Positions 29,721-41,701 of a stretch of 64,000 nucleotides of DNA are shown here, piece by piece. The translations under genes were made by a program, and so were the position numbers. How positions within the stretch are numbered: the stretch's first letter is position 1; each line of letters opens with the position of its first letter. The stretch is from Amoebidium appalachense. Lineage: Eukaryota; Protista; Ichthyosporea. The DNA is taken from contig CAVNZM010000012.1 of assembly GCA_963693365.1 (NCBI GenBank), positions 3,547,617-3,611,616 on the forward strand, read 5' to 3'. The notes below the pieces were generated by a model. It searched no databases. It was given only the letters and a program-made list of their open reading frames with translations, and had not been told where the DNA came from.

Positions 29721-32700
29721 TTATTGATGCTGATGCAAGGGACTGTGGTCATTGAGGTACCACTTTCTGTTTTTCTTGTAGATGACATTGCCACCAGCTA
29801 GATTGCAACGCCATGACATCCCACGGCCTGCCGTACCCATGGTGTGCCGGGTCAGGTGCTGTGTCTGTGTGATCACCGCACCCTTGCGCGCCACGCCCCG
29901 CACGTCACCCTTGCCATGGATAAACGCCGCGGCCAGCATGTGCAGCGTCATGTCGTTGTCCCCGATGGACGGAACGAAGTCACTCCATGGCTGGTACGCC
30001 TGCATCCATTTCTTGCCGCGCGCCGCCTGTTTGCGCCACACGAACGTCGACATGTCCACGTCGTCGGGTAGCAGCTGTGCCATGGCGTGCAGGTCGGCCG
30101 CGAGATGCTCGTGGAACACGCGGCACTTCTCGGTGTTTGCGGCTGCATTTGAAGGATCCTGTTCCGCACTTGCGGCGACGGCGGTGGCCCCGCGGCGTGC
30201 ACGCTTGGCTCGCCCCCGTTGCGGCCCGACCTCTGCCGCGGCCGGGGCTGGAACTTCGCGGTCCTCCATCGCCGCACCCCGGCGCGCGCGCGTGGCCCTT
30301 CTCGGCCGCGACCCGACCTCTGCCGCGGCTGGGGCCGGAACCTCGTCATCCTCCGCGGCACGCCCGCGCTTACGCCCACGGCCCTGCTGCCCCGCGGAAC
30401 CCACGGCCTTGCGATAACATTCGACGACTGCGTCGCGCAGCACCGCGGGCACCGTGAAGACGCCATCCACGAGTGGCACGCCGAGTGTGGCCAAGAGCGC
30501 CTCCTGGGCCTCGGGGGTGGCCGCAACCTCCATCTTGTACTCTCCGTCGTTGCACACGCGCAGGCGACCGGCCAGGTCCTCCGGCGTCGCGGTCCAAGGC
30601 CCCGCGGCCTCGTCGTCGTCCACGCCCGCGTCGACCCACTGGGCGAGCGTGCCCGCGGCATCGGCGTTCTCGTCCAGACACACCAGCCCAAAGCCCACAA
30701 CCAGGTGGCGGAGCGCATGCAGCTTGTCCTTGATCGTCACCACGCTGGTCGTCGGTGCCCCGTTCTTGCCGGTCGGCCGCGCGAAGTAGTTCTCGGCGCG
30801 ATAGTGCCACGCTTCGCTTGGCTCGACGACCAGGCGCACGACCACCGTGGCGTACAATTTAGCCAGCGTTTTGGTCGGCGGGGAGGGTGGCGGGAGGGCC
30901 CGTGCACCGCTGAGGTCCATGGACCGCACGTCATGCTTGATGAGTCGAGGCCTGTCCGGGCGGATCTTCTCTACCAATTCACGGCCAGGGAGGGTGTCGC
31001 CGAACTCGCTGCGAATGTCAACGATGGCCGGAACAAACGCTGTCTTGTGAATTTCTGGCCGCGATACGCGGACATCCCCCCGGTGCACCCTGTCGTTGCC
31101 GTCGGCCGCCTCGAGAATATGACATACCGCCCCGAAGCATTCAAAGAACTCCGGTGCATCGCCCGTGAGGGCTTGCCTGACGAGGTCCCCAAACCCAACG
31201 GCATGAGGGTACAGCCTCGTGGCTTCGCCCAGACGATCCATTACCAATAACGCGAGTTCGTGCAGTGCATGCACCGCCTCGGGCGCGTAGAGTATGGGGG
31301 CCTGGGTAACCTCGAACGGGTCCGCGCCGATGGAGCACATTCGACCCAGCAGCTGCAACAGAGCTTCGAGGTGAATGGCACTGGCGTTGGATCCCTTCCC
31401 CGTCCCCAAACCTGCCAGGCAAGTGAAGCCGGCATACATACGCGTCAACATGCCGCGGTGCATGTTGCGCCAGCAGTTGTGGGTGGGCTTGAACGTGACC
31501 CCGCACCGGGCCATGTCGCCCGTTATGATGGCCACCTTGAACTGACAACCCATTTCGTCGGACCAACGCCAGAGGGCGTCGAGCGGCAGGCTGATGATCA
31601 GCAGTTCGGATTTGTCGATGGTGAATTCGTACGTCACTCCGGTTTCGCTTGCTGGGCCGTCACCCGGATGGATGATACGCCTCACATATCGCCGCGCGTC
31701 ATCGTCGGCGCCGAGACGCTCCAGGACTGCGTCGGCGGCCCCCACCAGCCACTTGTACAGGTCCACGTGTGCCAGGATTTGCAGCCTGTCGTGGCGCCAC
31801 AGCACGACTACAAGGCCGTATCCAACGAAACCGGCAACGAGCCTGAAGATGGGCATCTGTGTGTGAATGATCTTGGTCTTGTCGGTCATGATAAGCAGTT
31901 GCTCAAACTTTGCGTCAGACGCGATCATGTCGCTGATGGCCATGGTGATGCCCTCCTCGTCCACGCGCTCGGCGGGGACGCCCCGCTTTGCCATCGCTTG
32001 CAGGTAGTTGTCAACCGCCTCAAGGAACGGAATGGTCGACTTTGCCTTTGCCGTGACTCGCCCGCGGGTGAACCCCCCCTGCTCCAACAACTCGTTGAGT
32101 GTCTGGTTGGCCAGGGCCTCGATGGCCACGTTGTAAAACATGGACTTGGCGACCGGCGCGCTGCTGAGCCGATCGGGCGTGAACCGCCGCTCGATCTCGT
32201 AGTTTGGCCGGTACACATGCTCCGGCGATGCATAGCCTATGTAGGTGTCCGGCACGGGCATGTCGACGATGCGCAGGGGGAACGGGAGTTTGAGCAGGGC
32301 AATAGGCGTGGCAGTCACACCCACGCACTTGAACACGGCTCCCACGAGGCTCGGGTAGTCGTGGGGGGGGGAGGTTCGCAGTCTCACGAGCCTTGTCCCA
32401 CACGCGGGCAAGCGTCGCGTTTGGGTAATAGAAAAGATTCTCCCAGGCGTTCGTGTCGCCGTGACGTCCGGTGACCGTCTCGTGGGCTTCGTCGATGATC
32501 ATCGTCGTCCGAAACCGCCACCCCCCAAGAGCATCCCTCTTAAAGCCAACCCGGGCGGTCGCATCCCCTAGATACCTCACAAAGTTGGGCACCTGCACGG
32601 CATTCGAGAGCAGAATGCGCGCCTCGTTTGGCACGCTCGTCACCATGGTGGGCCGGTAATTACGGGAGGGTGGGGTCGAGCCGATGTAGAACCGCCGGGC

Positions 32701-33237
32701 GTATTCCCCACTCACTTGCACCTCCCCGTCCGCGCCGACGCGGAACCACTCGGCTGGTAGACCCCAGTCTTCGCGGTGTGCGACCAGCAGCCGCTCGACG
32801 ACCGTATTGAACGACCTGGAGAAGCTCGCCTCAAACGTTGGCCCGGCGGCCACGCCCCCACGGTTCTTGATCAGAACGGCGGGGATGCACCCATCGATGA
32901 AATACGAGACCCAGCACAGGAGGCAGATTTCGTACGTCTTGCCAACCTGGCACTTGCCGGTCAGGACCGTGAACAGGGGATCGTAAGGCTTTGCGTTGGG
33001 CAGTGGGGTGTTGCGGATTTGTGAAACCACCGACTTGACCGCGTAAATGGGTTCCACGCCGCTCCTCCGGATGGTGTAGTCGTGGTCCAGAAGCGCAATA
33101 CACAGGCGCATCAGAGTGGGTATGTCCTCCTGTGTGAGGCCGCAGAATTGGTGCAGGGTGCGGTCAATGCGACGCCCCACCAGGCGCTCCCAGTCCTGGT
33201 AGACGTCCTGGGGAACAACACGATCGAGGTGGCTCAT
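29721..33237 (-). CDS. Large SF2-like ATPase resembling Z1-domain proteins (about 1170 aa), frameshifted at G9 32363-32371
   Basis: GKCQVGKT, IIDEAH, VTATP, TYIGY, TGDMARCGVTF, LLQLLGR. Confidence 0.65.
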
Positions 33238-34149
33238 TGTGAATCATCGACTCGCCGCTCGCTACTGACTGCTTTGTGTCGATGTCGGACTGAATATATG
33301 GGCTGTGACGCAATCAAAACCCACCACGATTGCGCAATTGGCCACAAAATTCAGTAAAACGAGCCAATGGTGTTCGATTGAACTTCTTCGGCCAATCACA
33401 TTCGGTCACTAAGAGGGGAATATAAGTGGACCGGGCTGCTCGTTTTATGCATGACCGTCCAATGGCAATTGCTTTTTGCACCTCTGATATCATCCAATAG
33501 CTTTCATGTATTGTGCATCGGACCTGTGGGTCCATGGCAACCGCCATTACACGACCTTTCCTTACAGGCCTGTGAATGAACAGTGGTGTATCTGACCGAT
33601 AACCACACGTCGTCCGTTGTTTAGGGTTGTATGGTATGGTGGTAGTTCATCCCAACCGTACGGCCTTTCTCGGGCTAAGCCACCAGCGACGGCGGGTCGG
33701 AGTCGTCTTCACGCAAACTCTCGAGGCCGGCGGCGTGCTCGGCGATCATGGCCGCGCCAAGCGCCCCGGGCACATCGCGGTGAACGAGATGTTGGTGGTC
33801 TTGGTGGCCGGGGCCTCGGGTGGCTCGGTGGGGTCGAACGGCACAGCCTCGGACGGGTCGGGCACGCCCTGACGAGCGACGCGACGATCCACACGACGTC
33901 GCCGCGGTCGTGGCTGGGCAGGGTGTGGAACACCACCACGTCGTGCGGCCCCCCCATCCACCGAGGCGTCCATGCTTGGGAGTGGTGTATAGGTGGCGAG
34001 CGAGACGACCGTGAGCACGCCGCTGAACGTGGCGGGCTTGCGGTAGGGGCGCTCCAGCTTCATCTTGAGACAGAACCTGCTGGGCGACAGGACCATGACG
34101 CGGATATCGTTACCTTCTCAAGAGGCGGATGGATTGGATATATGTTTGC

Positions 34150-34596
34150 CTGTCAAGAGGCGGATTGGATTGGATAGGGCAAAACCTGTTTGATTGGACA
34201 ACGGGCAACATGGATGCGTATGATTGGATAAAGGTCTTGGTGTGCAATCGCTGGTTGCGCTAAACCCGTTGTTGCAAAAGGGGGGTACGCAATATCGTTA
34301 CCCTGTCAAGAGGCGGATTGGATTGGATAGGGCAAAACCTGTTTGATTGGACAACGGGCAACATGGATGCGTATGATTGGATAAAGGTCTTGGTGTGCAA
34401 TCGCTGGTTGCGCTAGACCCGTGGTTGCAAAAGGGGGGTACGCAATATCGTAACCCTGTCAAGAGGCGGATTGGATTGGATAGGGCAAAACCTGTTTGAT
34501 TGGACAACGGGCAACATGGATGCGTATGATTGGATAAAGGTCTTGGTGTGCAATCGCTGGTTGCGCTAGACCCGTTGTTACAAAAGGGGGGTACGC
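34150..34596. repeat. 153-bp tandem repeat x3, rich in ATTGG (CCAAT) boxes
   Basis: Units start at 34150, 34303 and 34456, with a partial copy at about 34105-34140. Confidence 0.95.
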
Positions 34597-34662
34597 ACTT
34601 TGAAGCGCCATTCTTTTGGCTGCGGGGCAACACGCACATTTATGTAGCGCGAACCTAGAACA

Positions 34663-35517
34663 ATGGCCAGACGCATGGAAGTTACCCGCGGCACCACCGA
34701 GGACGAGCTGACTGCGTTTCTCGACCGCATGACAACCTTCGAAGCGAGGATATCTTCTGCGACGGTGATGTTGTGGACAGCGTATAACCCCCACTATATC
34801 CGGGCGGCCATTCCTGTAAAAACAGGGAAATCGATCAGCGTCAAGAGTGTTCGTGTAGCCGAAATGCAGCGTTTAATGTGCAATACCGACTACGGTCTGG
34901 AACGCTGGTATGGCTTCGACCCGTATCCGCCCAACCATCCGGTAACCGACACATCCCTCAGCCCGTACTGGTGGGAATTCAAACTCCGGGAGGAAGACGA
35001 AGAGGACGAGTTGGAGGACGACCACGAGTTGCATTGGCCCACCACTTACGCCACCAAATTGACCGCAGACGGGTGGGTCTTCTGGAACAGTCATGGGAGG
35101 TATTGGTTGGATGCGGTCGATGACGTAGCACCTGCACTCTCCAGAAGACCCTACTGGACCATGCCTGCACTGCTCTTCGAGACTCCTGTCGACGTCCCGC
35201 CCCCGCCCGCGCGCCCGTCCCTTCGCGATGCCACCTACCGCTTCGGTGTCGAGCACGACGCGCCCGAATTGGGTCCGGGCGGCATGGACGCCGAAGGCGT
35301 TGTCGCGGCGCTGGAGGACTGGGGCGCGCGCTGGCTCAACCAGTTCTTTGAGGAAACCGAACCCGTCCTTGAGAGCGTGGGGCTGCCGCTGCGCGACGCC
35401 GTCTTCGACGACGTGCGTGCAAGCAACCGCATGCTTGAGTACTCTGGCATGCCCCGGTCGGTGCGGATGAATGGGACGCCGTGGAACAATGCCGGCGACA
35501 TCGGGCGCGCGCTTTAG
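34663..35517 (+). CDS. Hypothetical protein
   Basis: 284-aa ORF immediately downstream of the CCAAT tandem array. Confidence 0.55.
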   Translation: MARRMEVTRGTTEDELTAFLDRMTTFEARISSATVMLWTAYNPHYIRAAIPVKTGKSISVKSVRVAEMQRLMCNTDYGLERWYGFDPYPPNHPVTDTSLSPYWWEFKLREEDEEDELEDDHELHWPTTYATKLTADGWVFWNSHGRYWLDAVDDVAPALSRRPYWTMPALLFETPVDVPPPPARPSLRDATYRFGVEHDAPELGPGGMDAEGVVAALEDWGARWLNQFFEETEPVLESVGLPLRDAVFDDVRASNRMLEYSGMPRSVRMNGTPWNNAGDIGRAL

Positions 35518-35664
35518 GGCTGTGGTTACTCACTCGGTTGGGTGGTTACTTGGTTCGCTGTGCGATCCCTATAAGCACCAGTAAACGCACAATCGTATGC
35601 GTATTATCCGATCCAATTATGATTGGCGCCTACATTATCGGGTTCGTCTGATTGGTTGCGCGTT

Positions 35665-35665
<1 letters not shown>

Positions 35666-35745
<80 letters not shown>

Positions 35746-35749
35746 GCGC

Positions 35750-35831
<82 letters not shown>
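35666..35831. repeat. (GT)n microsatellite
   Basis: About 165 bp, nearly pure GT. Confidence 0.98.
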
Positions 35832-35832
<1 letters not shown>

Positions 35833-35879
35833 GCTGCGTGGTTGCACAAGTGTAAAAGGACGCCACTCTTGTCAACGCT

Positions 35880-36744
35880 CCACTGTACGCATTGACTCGA
35901 AGACGAATAGTGCCAGTGTATTGGATGTCATGGCTCTTGTTATTGGGATGGACGCTGCAAAGATGGCCTGGCATGAGATGAAAAAAAGCGGAAATGACTC
36001 CACGAAGGAGTTGGTAAGCCACGCTTACCAAGTCCGCATCAACGGAACTGGAAAACTCACCCCCGTGGCCCCCTTCAAGGTCCTGCTTGAAATCGTCTAC
36101 TTGCTGCCAGGCAAGCGCGCCCATGACTTCCGCAAGACGTCTGCCCAGTTCATCGCCCGCCTGATGTCCGGCGACCTCTCGCTCATTGACGAGATTGAGG
36201 CCCGCTACGCCGCCAGCACGCCCGAGGAGCGCGACTTCATCCGCAACGGGACCGACGAGACCCCCGACCGCAAGCGCCGCCGGGAGGAGCTCGAGGGCGA
36301 GCGCCGGCTGCGTCTGCGCCGCGAGGAGGCGGCCGTGCGGGACCTGGAGGCCGACGTACGTGCAAAGGAGATCGCCAACCGCGTGAGGGAGATGGAGTCC
36401 CTCGCCGCGTACCGCACCATGCTCGGCGACTTCGGTCTCGACAGGGACCCGCGCATGCGCATGCTGCTCAACGACACCGTGGCCAACCTGCTGGTGCCCA
36501 CCACGGACCGCCTGGCGCTCGAGGCGTCGGACTCCGCGCTGGCCGACTACGTGACCGTCGGGAAGTTGACCGCGGCATCACGGACAGGTCCAGCAGCGCG
36601 CTCGGCCGCCAGCTCGCGCGCGCCTGGCGCGACCAGGAGGGCGGCGAGCCCGAGGAGACCGTGAAGATGGTGCAGGGCGACATGCGCCCCGTCAAGGTGT
36701 ACCCCGTGCGCTTCCTGGAGAAGCACGTGCTCGGGTGGCAGTAA
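35880..36744 (+). CDS. Bro-N/N1R-p28-like viral DNA-binding protein, frameshift near 36575
   Basis: VRID...ASVLDV, G.GKLTPVA, GKRAHDFRK, R.MSGDLSLIDEIE. The alternative frame continues ALGRQLARAW...VKVYP to a TAA at 36744. Confidence 0.65.
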
Positions 36745-36799
36745 ACGGCCGCGGGGGGTACTTAAGCAGCTCCTTGTATATTTTGTCTCCATTTACACA

Positions 36800-37231
36800 A
36801 TGGATCCTCCATGCAACACCCCGCCCAAGAAAGTCTTTGCATGCACCGACTGCGAGCGAACGTTCACCATCAAGGCGAACATGGAAAGGCACCGCGCGTT
36901 GCACTCGGGCAGTCGCCCGTACGGCTGCACCCAGCAGGGCTGCTTTGCCACGTTTGCGCGCAGCGACCACCTGAAGCTGCACGTCAGGATGCACACCGGC
37001 GAGCGACCCTTCGTGTGCGATATTTGCAATGCCGACTTTCCGTACCCCTCAGCGCTATGGATGCACCGGCGCGGCGTCCACGAGAACAAGACATCCGTGC
37101 CGCGGGTGCGCGGTGCCCTGCGGTGCCCGTCTGAGGGGTGCGAGTGTACGTTTACCCGGTCGCCCGCGCTCAACTACCACGTCAAGAACGCACACCCCGA
37201 GCTGGTTGCCGGTCCATCCGACTCGGTATAA
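36800..37231 (+). CDS. C2H2 zinc-finger protein (4 fingers)
   Basis: CxxC/CxxxxC...HxxxH fingers with SGSRPY and TGERPF linkers. Confidence 0.9.
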   Translation: MDPPCNTPPKKVFACTDCERTFTIKANMERHRALHSGSRPYGCTQQGCFATFARSDHLKLHVRMHTGERPFVCDICNADFPYPSALWMHRRGVHENKTSVPRVRGALRCPSEGCECTFTRSPALNYHVKNAHPELVAGPSDSV

Positions 37232-37349
37232 ATACGGCGAACACAGGAGGTCACAGACGGGTAAAGAAGTATGTTAATGCCGACGAGTTCATACCGAAAT
37301 CCCCTGTGAGTTTTTATTTCAAAGCCGCACCAGGTGGCCTGCACACAAG

Positions 37350-37919
37350 TTAGTTGCCCGGTTGTTCTTTTTGTTTGAGTTTATGCACGAACTTCCGATG
37401 TCGCCACAGCCCACTACGCCACGAAAACGCTTTTGAGCACCCTTCCTCAATGCATACGTAGGACCGCTGACCTATATGGGCGCGATTGTGATGTTTAAGC
37501 GCGTTGGTGGTCTCGAAAGAAGCCCCACATCCAATGACATCGCATACCAATTGTCGTCCCGAATCGTGCACCCGTAAGTGCCTAAGAAGCGCACTCCTGT
37601 ATGAAAAGCGAGCGCTACATCCATCGTGGTTGCATGCGTATGGGCGCTCACCCGTGTGCCTTCGTGTGTGTCGTAAAAGCCGTCCAGATTGTGGAGACCT
37701 GTAGTTGCACCCTTCGTAACTGCACTCGTATTTCTTTATTCCGGTGTGTATGGTCATATGTGCATCCAGACCAACTTGTTGCGTACACCTTACCGTGCAA
37801 CCAGGCCATGTACACGGATATGGTTTTTCACCGGTGTGAAATTTTGCATGACGTTGTAGGTTCTGCTTTGTTGCAAAAGTTTTATTACATGTTGTACATC
37901 TATGATCTGTCATATTCAT
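37350..37919 (-). CDS. C2H2 zinc-finger protein (6 fingers)
   Basis: TGEKPY and TGERPY linkers; six C2H2 units. Confidence 0.9.
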   Translation of the reverse strand: MNMTDHRCTTCNKTFATKQNLQRHAKFHTGEKPYPCTWPGCTVRCTQQVGLDAHMTIHTGIKKYECSYEGCNYRSPQSGRLLRHTRRHTGERPYACNHDGCSARFSYRSALLRHLRVHDSGRQLVCDVIGCGASFETTNALKHHNRAHIGQRSYVCIEEGCSKAFSWRSGLWRHRKFVHKLKQKEQPGN

Positions 37920-38148
37920 TTATTGCACCAAAAAAAAAGAGAGATTGGCTACTGGGTAGTCAGGTAGTTGGGTAGTAGGTAGCTTTTCCACTGGAAATAT
38001 TTTTGTCCTTTTTATTTTTTTCGAAAAGTAAGTTACCACCTTTCGACCTTACTACCACTAAGTAAACCAACAACCCAAGCAAGTAATTTATAATAAAAAC
38101 CCATTTTGGTGTGTGTTGGGGTCGCTACTTGTCGTAAGATCCCCATGG

Positions 38149-39615
38149 CTATGCAAGTGAACCGAGAAGGTCTTGCTCCATAGCCTGGCAGACATCTTTC
38201 GACAAACCAACCCGCTCAAACGACAAAACATAACAGTACCGTGCCACTGAATTGACCTTAGTTGCCGCTGGTTTTCCCAGAATAGCACGAAGGGCACTAC
38301 CAAACAGCTTCTGGCTTGGTTTCTGACTGCGCGCTGTCGCATTCCGCTCGTGCCACAGACGAAAGTAGTTGAACAGGTCGGTGCTGGTGAAGCGTTGGCC
38401 ATCGACTGGTCGGGGCCACTCCTCGCATCCGTTGTCGCCCGTCACAAGGTCGCGCAGGAACTGCAGTTCATCCGGCCGCCCGAGATCTGTCAACCGTGAA
38501 CGAAGCTCGGTTGTTGGGGGGGTTGGCATCCGTTGGGGGACATCCACTTCAGCCATCAGTTCGTCCAAAATCGCCTGGAGAACAGATGGATTGGAGTGTC
38601 GTTCCTTGAATTCGGCGAAGTATGCAAACTGCCCCTTTCTCTCTGCTGAAGACTCAAAACAGGCCCATCGTCGGTCTCCCTCCTCTAGGTTTAGCGGGTG
38701 CGACTCGTTGCTGAGAATCACATAGCGCTCGCAACTCTCCACGGTAATGATGTCACAGCCCTTCTTTTCCATGAGGCCCGTGGTTTCCGTAACACGGGCC
38801 TTCATTTGGTTGATGATGTCCACATTGCCATGCCAAAACACCTCGTCACACACAATAAGCAGGCGGTTATTGAGGTGCGCATTGAAGTTCCCACCCACAT
38901 GCTTTTTGTTTGTCACTGACACGTAGTAGTCGCGCCCGATGATATCACCCAGGACGTCAAAGAACACGTTTTTGCCCACACCTTGGACTGAGCGAAAAAC
39001 AAGTGCAACTCCAGGTTTGATGTCGGGGTACTGAAAGAGCTGTGCCAGCCAGCGACGTGTGTAGAGGTAGGCTGCCTCGTCGTAGTTGCACAACATGCGA
39101 AGATGGTCAAAAAACATGCTGGTTGCCGATTGGACAAGACGTCGTGCAGGGTCGTGCACTATCTTGAGTCCACGGAAAATGTTGAAAGGACGGCCTTGCC
39201 TCATGACGTTTCGTGCACGACGCTTCCCGGTCCGTGGATCTGGGTCTGCCGGGTCAAACACGAAGCGCGAGTACTGCAAAATGTGGTCGCTCTCCATGAA
39301 CCAGGTGCCCTTGTAGACGCGTGTGATGGGTCGGTTGCGCTCGAAAAACTCCATTCTGAAGAGGTACTTAGAGAGGCATTCTCGCGCGCTCTTGGGTGAG
39401 TGCAGCTCGATGACGTGCCGCTCAGTCCTGTGGTCGTAGTTCTTGAGAAGGTATTGTGATCCGCATTCGACAAAGGCCACGTTGCTCTGCAAAAAGCGAA
39501 TGCAGTTCTCATAAGTCCATGAAATGCTCTGACACGTGCGTGGCTTGAAGCTCAGCCCAAACTGCGGTTCTGGGCTGCAGTCCTCGAATCGCTGAAACAA
39601 AGTCTCCTCGGACAT
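38149..39615 (-). CDS. Second D5/NrS-1-type helicase, paralog of 17880-19310
   Basis: FDPADPDP.TG.RR, QGVGKN, FNAHLNNRLLIVCDE, GDRRW, LQFLRD. Confidence 0.85.
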   Translation of the reverse strand: MSEETLFQRFEDCSPEPQFGLSFKPRTCQSISWTYENCIRFLQSNVAFVECGSQYLLKNYDHRTERHVIELHSPKSARECLSKYLFRMEFFERNRPITRVYKGTWFMESDHILQYSRFVFDPADPDPRTGKRRARNVMRQGRPFNIFRGLKIVHDPARRLVQSATSMFFDHLRMLCNYDEAAYLYTRRWLAQLFQYPDIKPGVALVFRSVQGVGKNVFFDVLGDIIGRDYYVSVTNKKHVGGNFNAHLNNRLLIVCDEVFWHGNVDIINQMKARVTETTGLMEKKGCDIITVESCERYVILSNESHPLNLEEGDRRWACFESSAERKGQFAYFAEFKERHSNPSVLQAILDELMAEVDVPQRMPTPPTTELRSRLTDLGRPDELQFLRDLVTGDNGCEEWPRPVDGQRFTSTDLFNYFRLWHERNATARSQKPSQKLFGSALRAILGKPAATKVNSVARYCYVLSFERVGLSKDVCQAMEQDLLGSLA

Positions 39616-39626
39616 GGGGGGGACCT

Positions 39627-40819
39627 CCTGTTGGAAGTAGAGTCCGCTGTGACTAGGGTCGTCGTGGCGCGCTTGGGCGCTGACCCGTTTTTTACTGCTT
39701 TCAGTGTGTTAACTCCATGACTGAACTCCATGACTTAACTCCATGACTTAACTCCATGACTGAACTCCATGTCTGAACTCCATGACTGAACTCCATGACT
39801 GCACCTGGCAGAGACGTGGCTTATATACCCGTGGGGCAGCAGTCTGGAATGTAATCCGGATGCCAGGTGCTAATCGGATTGGTTACTTTCATTTAGAGAT
39901 CTCTGGGACCAGTGAACCAATCGTTTGCAGTCAAAACACAATTGGCAACATTCCTCAACTATGCAGATGTGCATGTGGTGATCGAGTGTCAGCGTGTGTC
40001 TGTGTACACGGAACCAATTGTAAAGCTAACATACACATATTGTGGAGTGAGCGTAAGTCTGCACTCCAACACCCCTACCCAATTGGAGAAGTGTACACAC
40101 CACTAGAGAAGAGAGAGTGAGTGTGGCTGCTTGCAGGGTAGACCGGGGTGTGCATTCCACTGTGGTGCGTGCCCCGCCAATGAAGTGGAATACTTGACGT
40201 TGATGTCGCAGGCTGCTGCGGATGGAGTTTGTGGAAGCGAAAGTCTCTACTTCACGGAAATACGCTCGCGGGTGTAGGGTACAGCCTAGAAGTCGGTTTC
40301 TGGGCTCCTCCGTTCAAGGCGTCGTAGGGGACGTGAAGTTAGAGGCCGCGGTGTCGTGTCTGGGCCCATAACCCTGTTGGAAGTAGAGTCCGCTGTGACT
40401 AGGGTCGTCGTGGCGCGCTTGGGCGCTGACCCGTTTTTTACTGCTTTCAGTGTGTTAACTCCATGACTGAACTCCATGACTTAACTCCATGACTTAACTC
40501 CATGACTGAACTCCATGTCTGAACTCCATGACTGAACTCCATGACTGCACCTGGCAGAGACGTGGCTTATATACCCGTGGGGCAGCAGTCTGGAATGTAA
40601 TCCGGATGCCAGGTGCTAATCGGATTGGTTACTTTCATTTAGAGATCTCTGGGACCAGTGAACCAATCGTTTGCAGTCAAAACACAATTGGCAACATTCC
40701 TCAACTATGCAGATGTGCATGTGGTGATCGAGTGTCAGCGTGTGTCTGTGTACACGGAACCAATTGTAAAGCTAACATACACATATTGTGGAGTGAGCGT
40801 AAGTCTGCACTCCAACACC
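39627..40819. repeat. 447-bp direct duplication (39627-40073 and 40373-40819), each copy with a 13-bp x7 array, TATA and CCAAT boxes
   Basis: Blocks appear identical; array unit CTKAACTCCATGA at 39708-39801 and 40454-40547. Confidence 0.95.
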
Positions 40820-41081
40820 TCCAACAGGTGAAATATGGATGACATCGCTACTGGTGGCTTAGATAATATTTTTTGCCGGCCAGGGGCAGACTGAGCCATT
40901 TTTGCATGCACGAGATTTTATATACCTTGCACCCCGGGGTCGCGCGGGGGCTTGGGGGGGGCACGCCAGGCATGCACGACCGGTGAGGGATGGAAGGCAC
41001 GGCGGGCTCGCAGGGCCCAGAGCCTCGTGGGCCACCCAAGCCCCCAACCGTGTCCCACCACCTAAGACCACCCTCAAGCCG

Positions 41082-41390
41082 ATGGAGCTGCAGTTCCTGC
41101 GGGACCTGCTGAAGCGCGAGAACGGGTTTGAGGATGCGCCCGCGTTCGAAGACGGCGCGAGGGTTACTCCTGCTGCCCTCTTCCAACTCTACCAGTCCTG
41201 GTGGGAACACAACACACCCGACAAGTCCAAGCGGTCCACCCAGCGCGACTTTGGGATTGCAGTTACGGCCATCCTGGGAAAAATTAAGAGCACCCGCGTC
41301 AACACCATAGCCTACGGCGCTGAAGGTTATGAGGCCGCCTCGGGTATAGCGCGCTGCTACGTCCTCGATCGCAAACTTATTGGCGTGTAA
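41082..41390 (+). CDS. Stand-alone copy of the D5-helicase C-terminal winged-helix domain
   Basis: ELQFLRDL...NG.E...DG.R.T...LF..Y..W...FG.A..AILGK....VN aligns with the C-terminus of 38149-39615. Confidence 0.7.
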   Translation: MELQFLRDLLKRENGFEDAPAFEDGARVTPAALFQLYQSWWEHNTPDKSKRSTQRDFGIAVTAILGKIKSTRVNTIAYGAEGYEAASGIARCYVLDRKLIGV

Positions 41391-41701
41391 CGTGTTGTGT
41401 AGTCAGTAACCAGACCGTAAACAGATCCGACAGCCAATCAAATCGCGGCATTGGGTCCTCTGTAACATTTGTAAACACTTATCCTCTTTGTAAACAGTGT
41501 ATACAGTGAAATAAATCGGCGGGAAAGGGGTGGGATGGAACGATCTGATTGGCCGTTGCTTATGGTGATCGTGCTTTTGGGGAGGAGTTGGGATCCTCTG
41601 TTTACAGTGCGTACAACGTTTACATCCGGCTTTACAATGAGCAATCGGGGCTTGCGTCGGGAAGAACTACTTTCAAATCTTTTATTTTTTCTAGGGCCTA
41701 T

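Noticed and set aside
35597-35895. VC/HT-repeat proteins
   Set aside because: These are translations of the GT microsatellite. The same applies at 46.9 kb and 52.8 kb.
39708-40547. CRISPR or MIMIVIRE-like repeats
   Set aside because: Head-to-tail 13-mers without spacers; no evidence of foreign origin.
39627-40819. LTR pair of a TRIM
   Set aside because: No TG...CA ends, PBS, PPT or TSD seen. The block is the helicase promoter.
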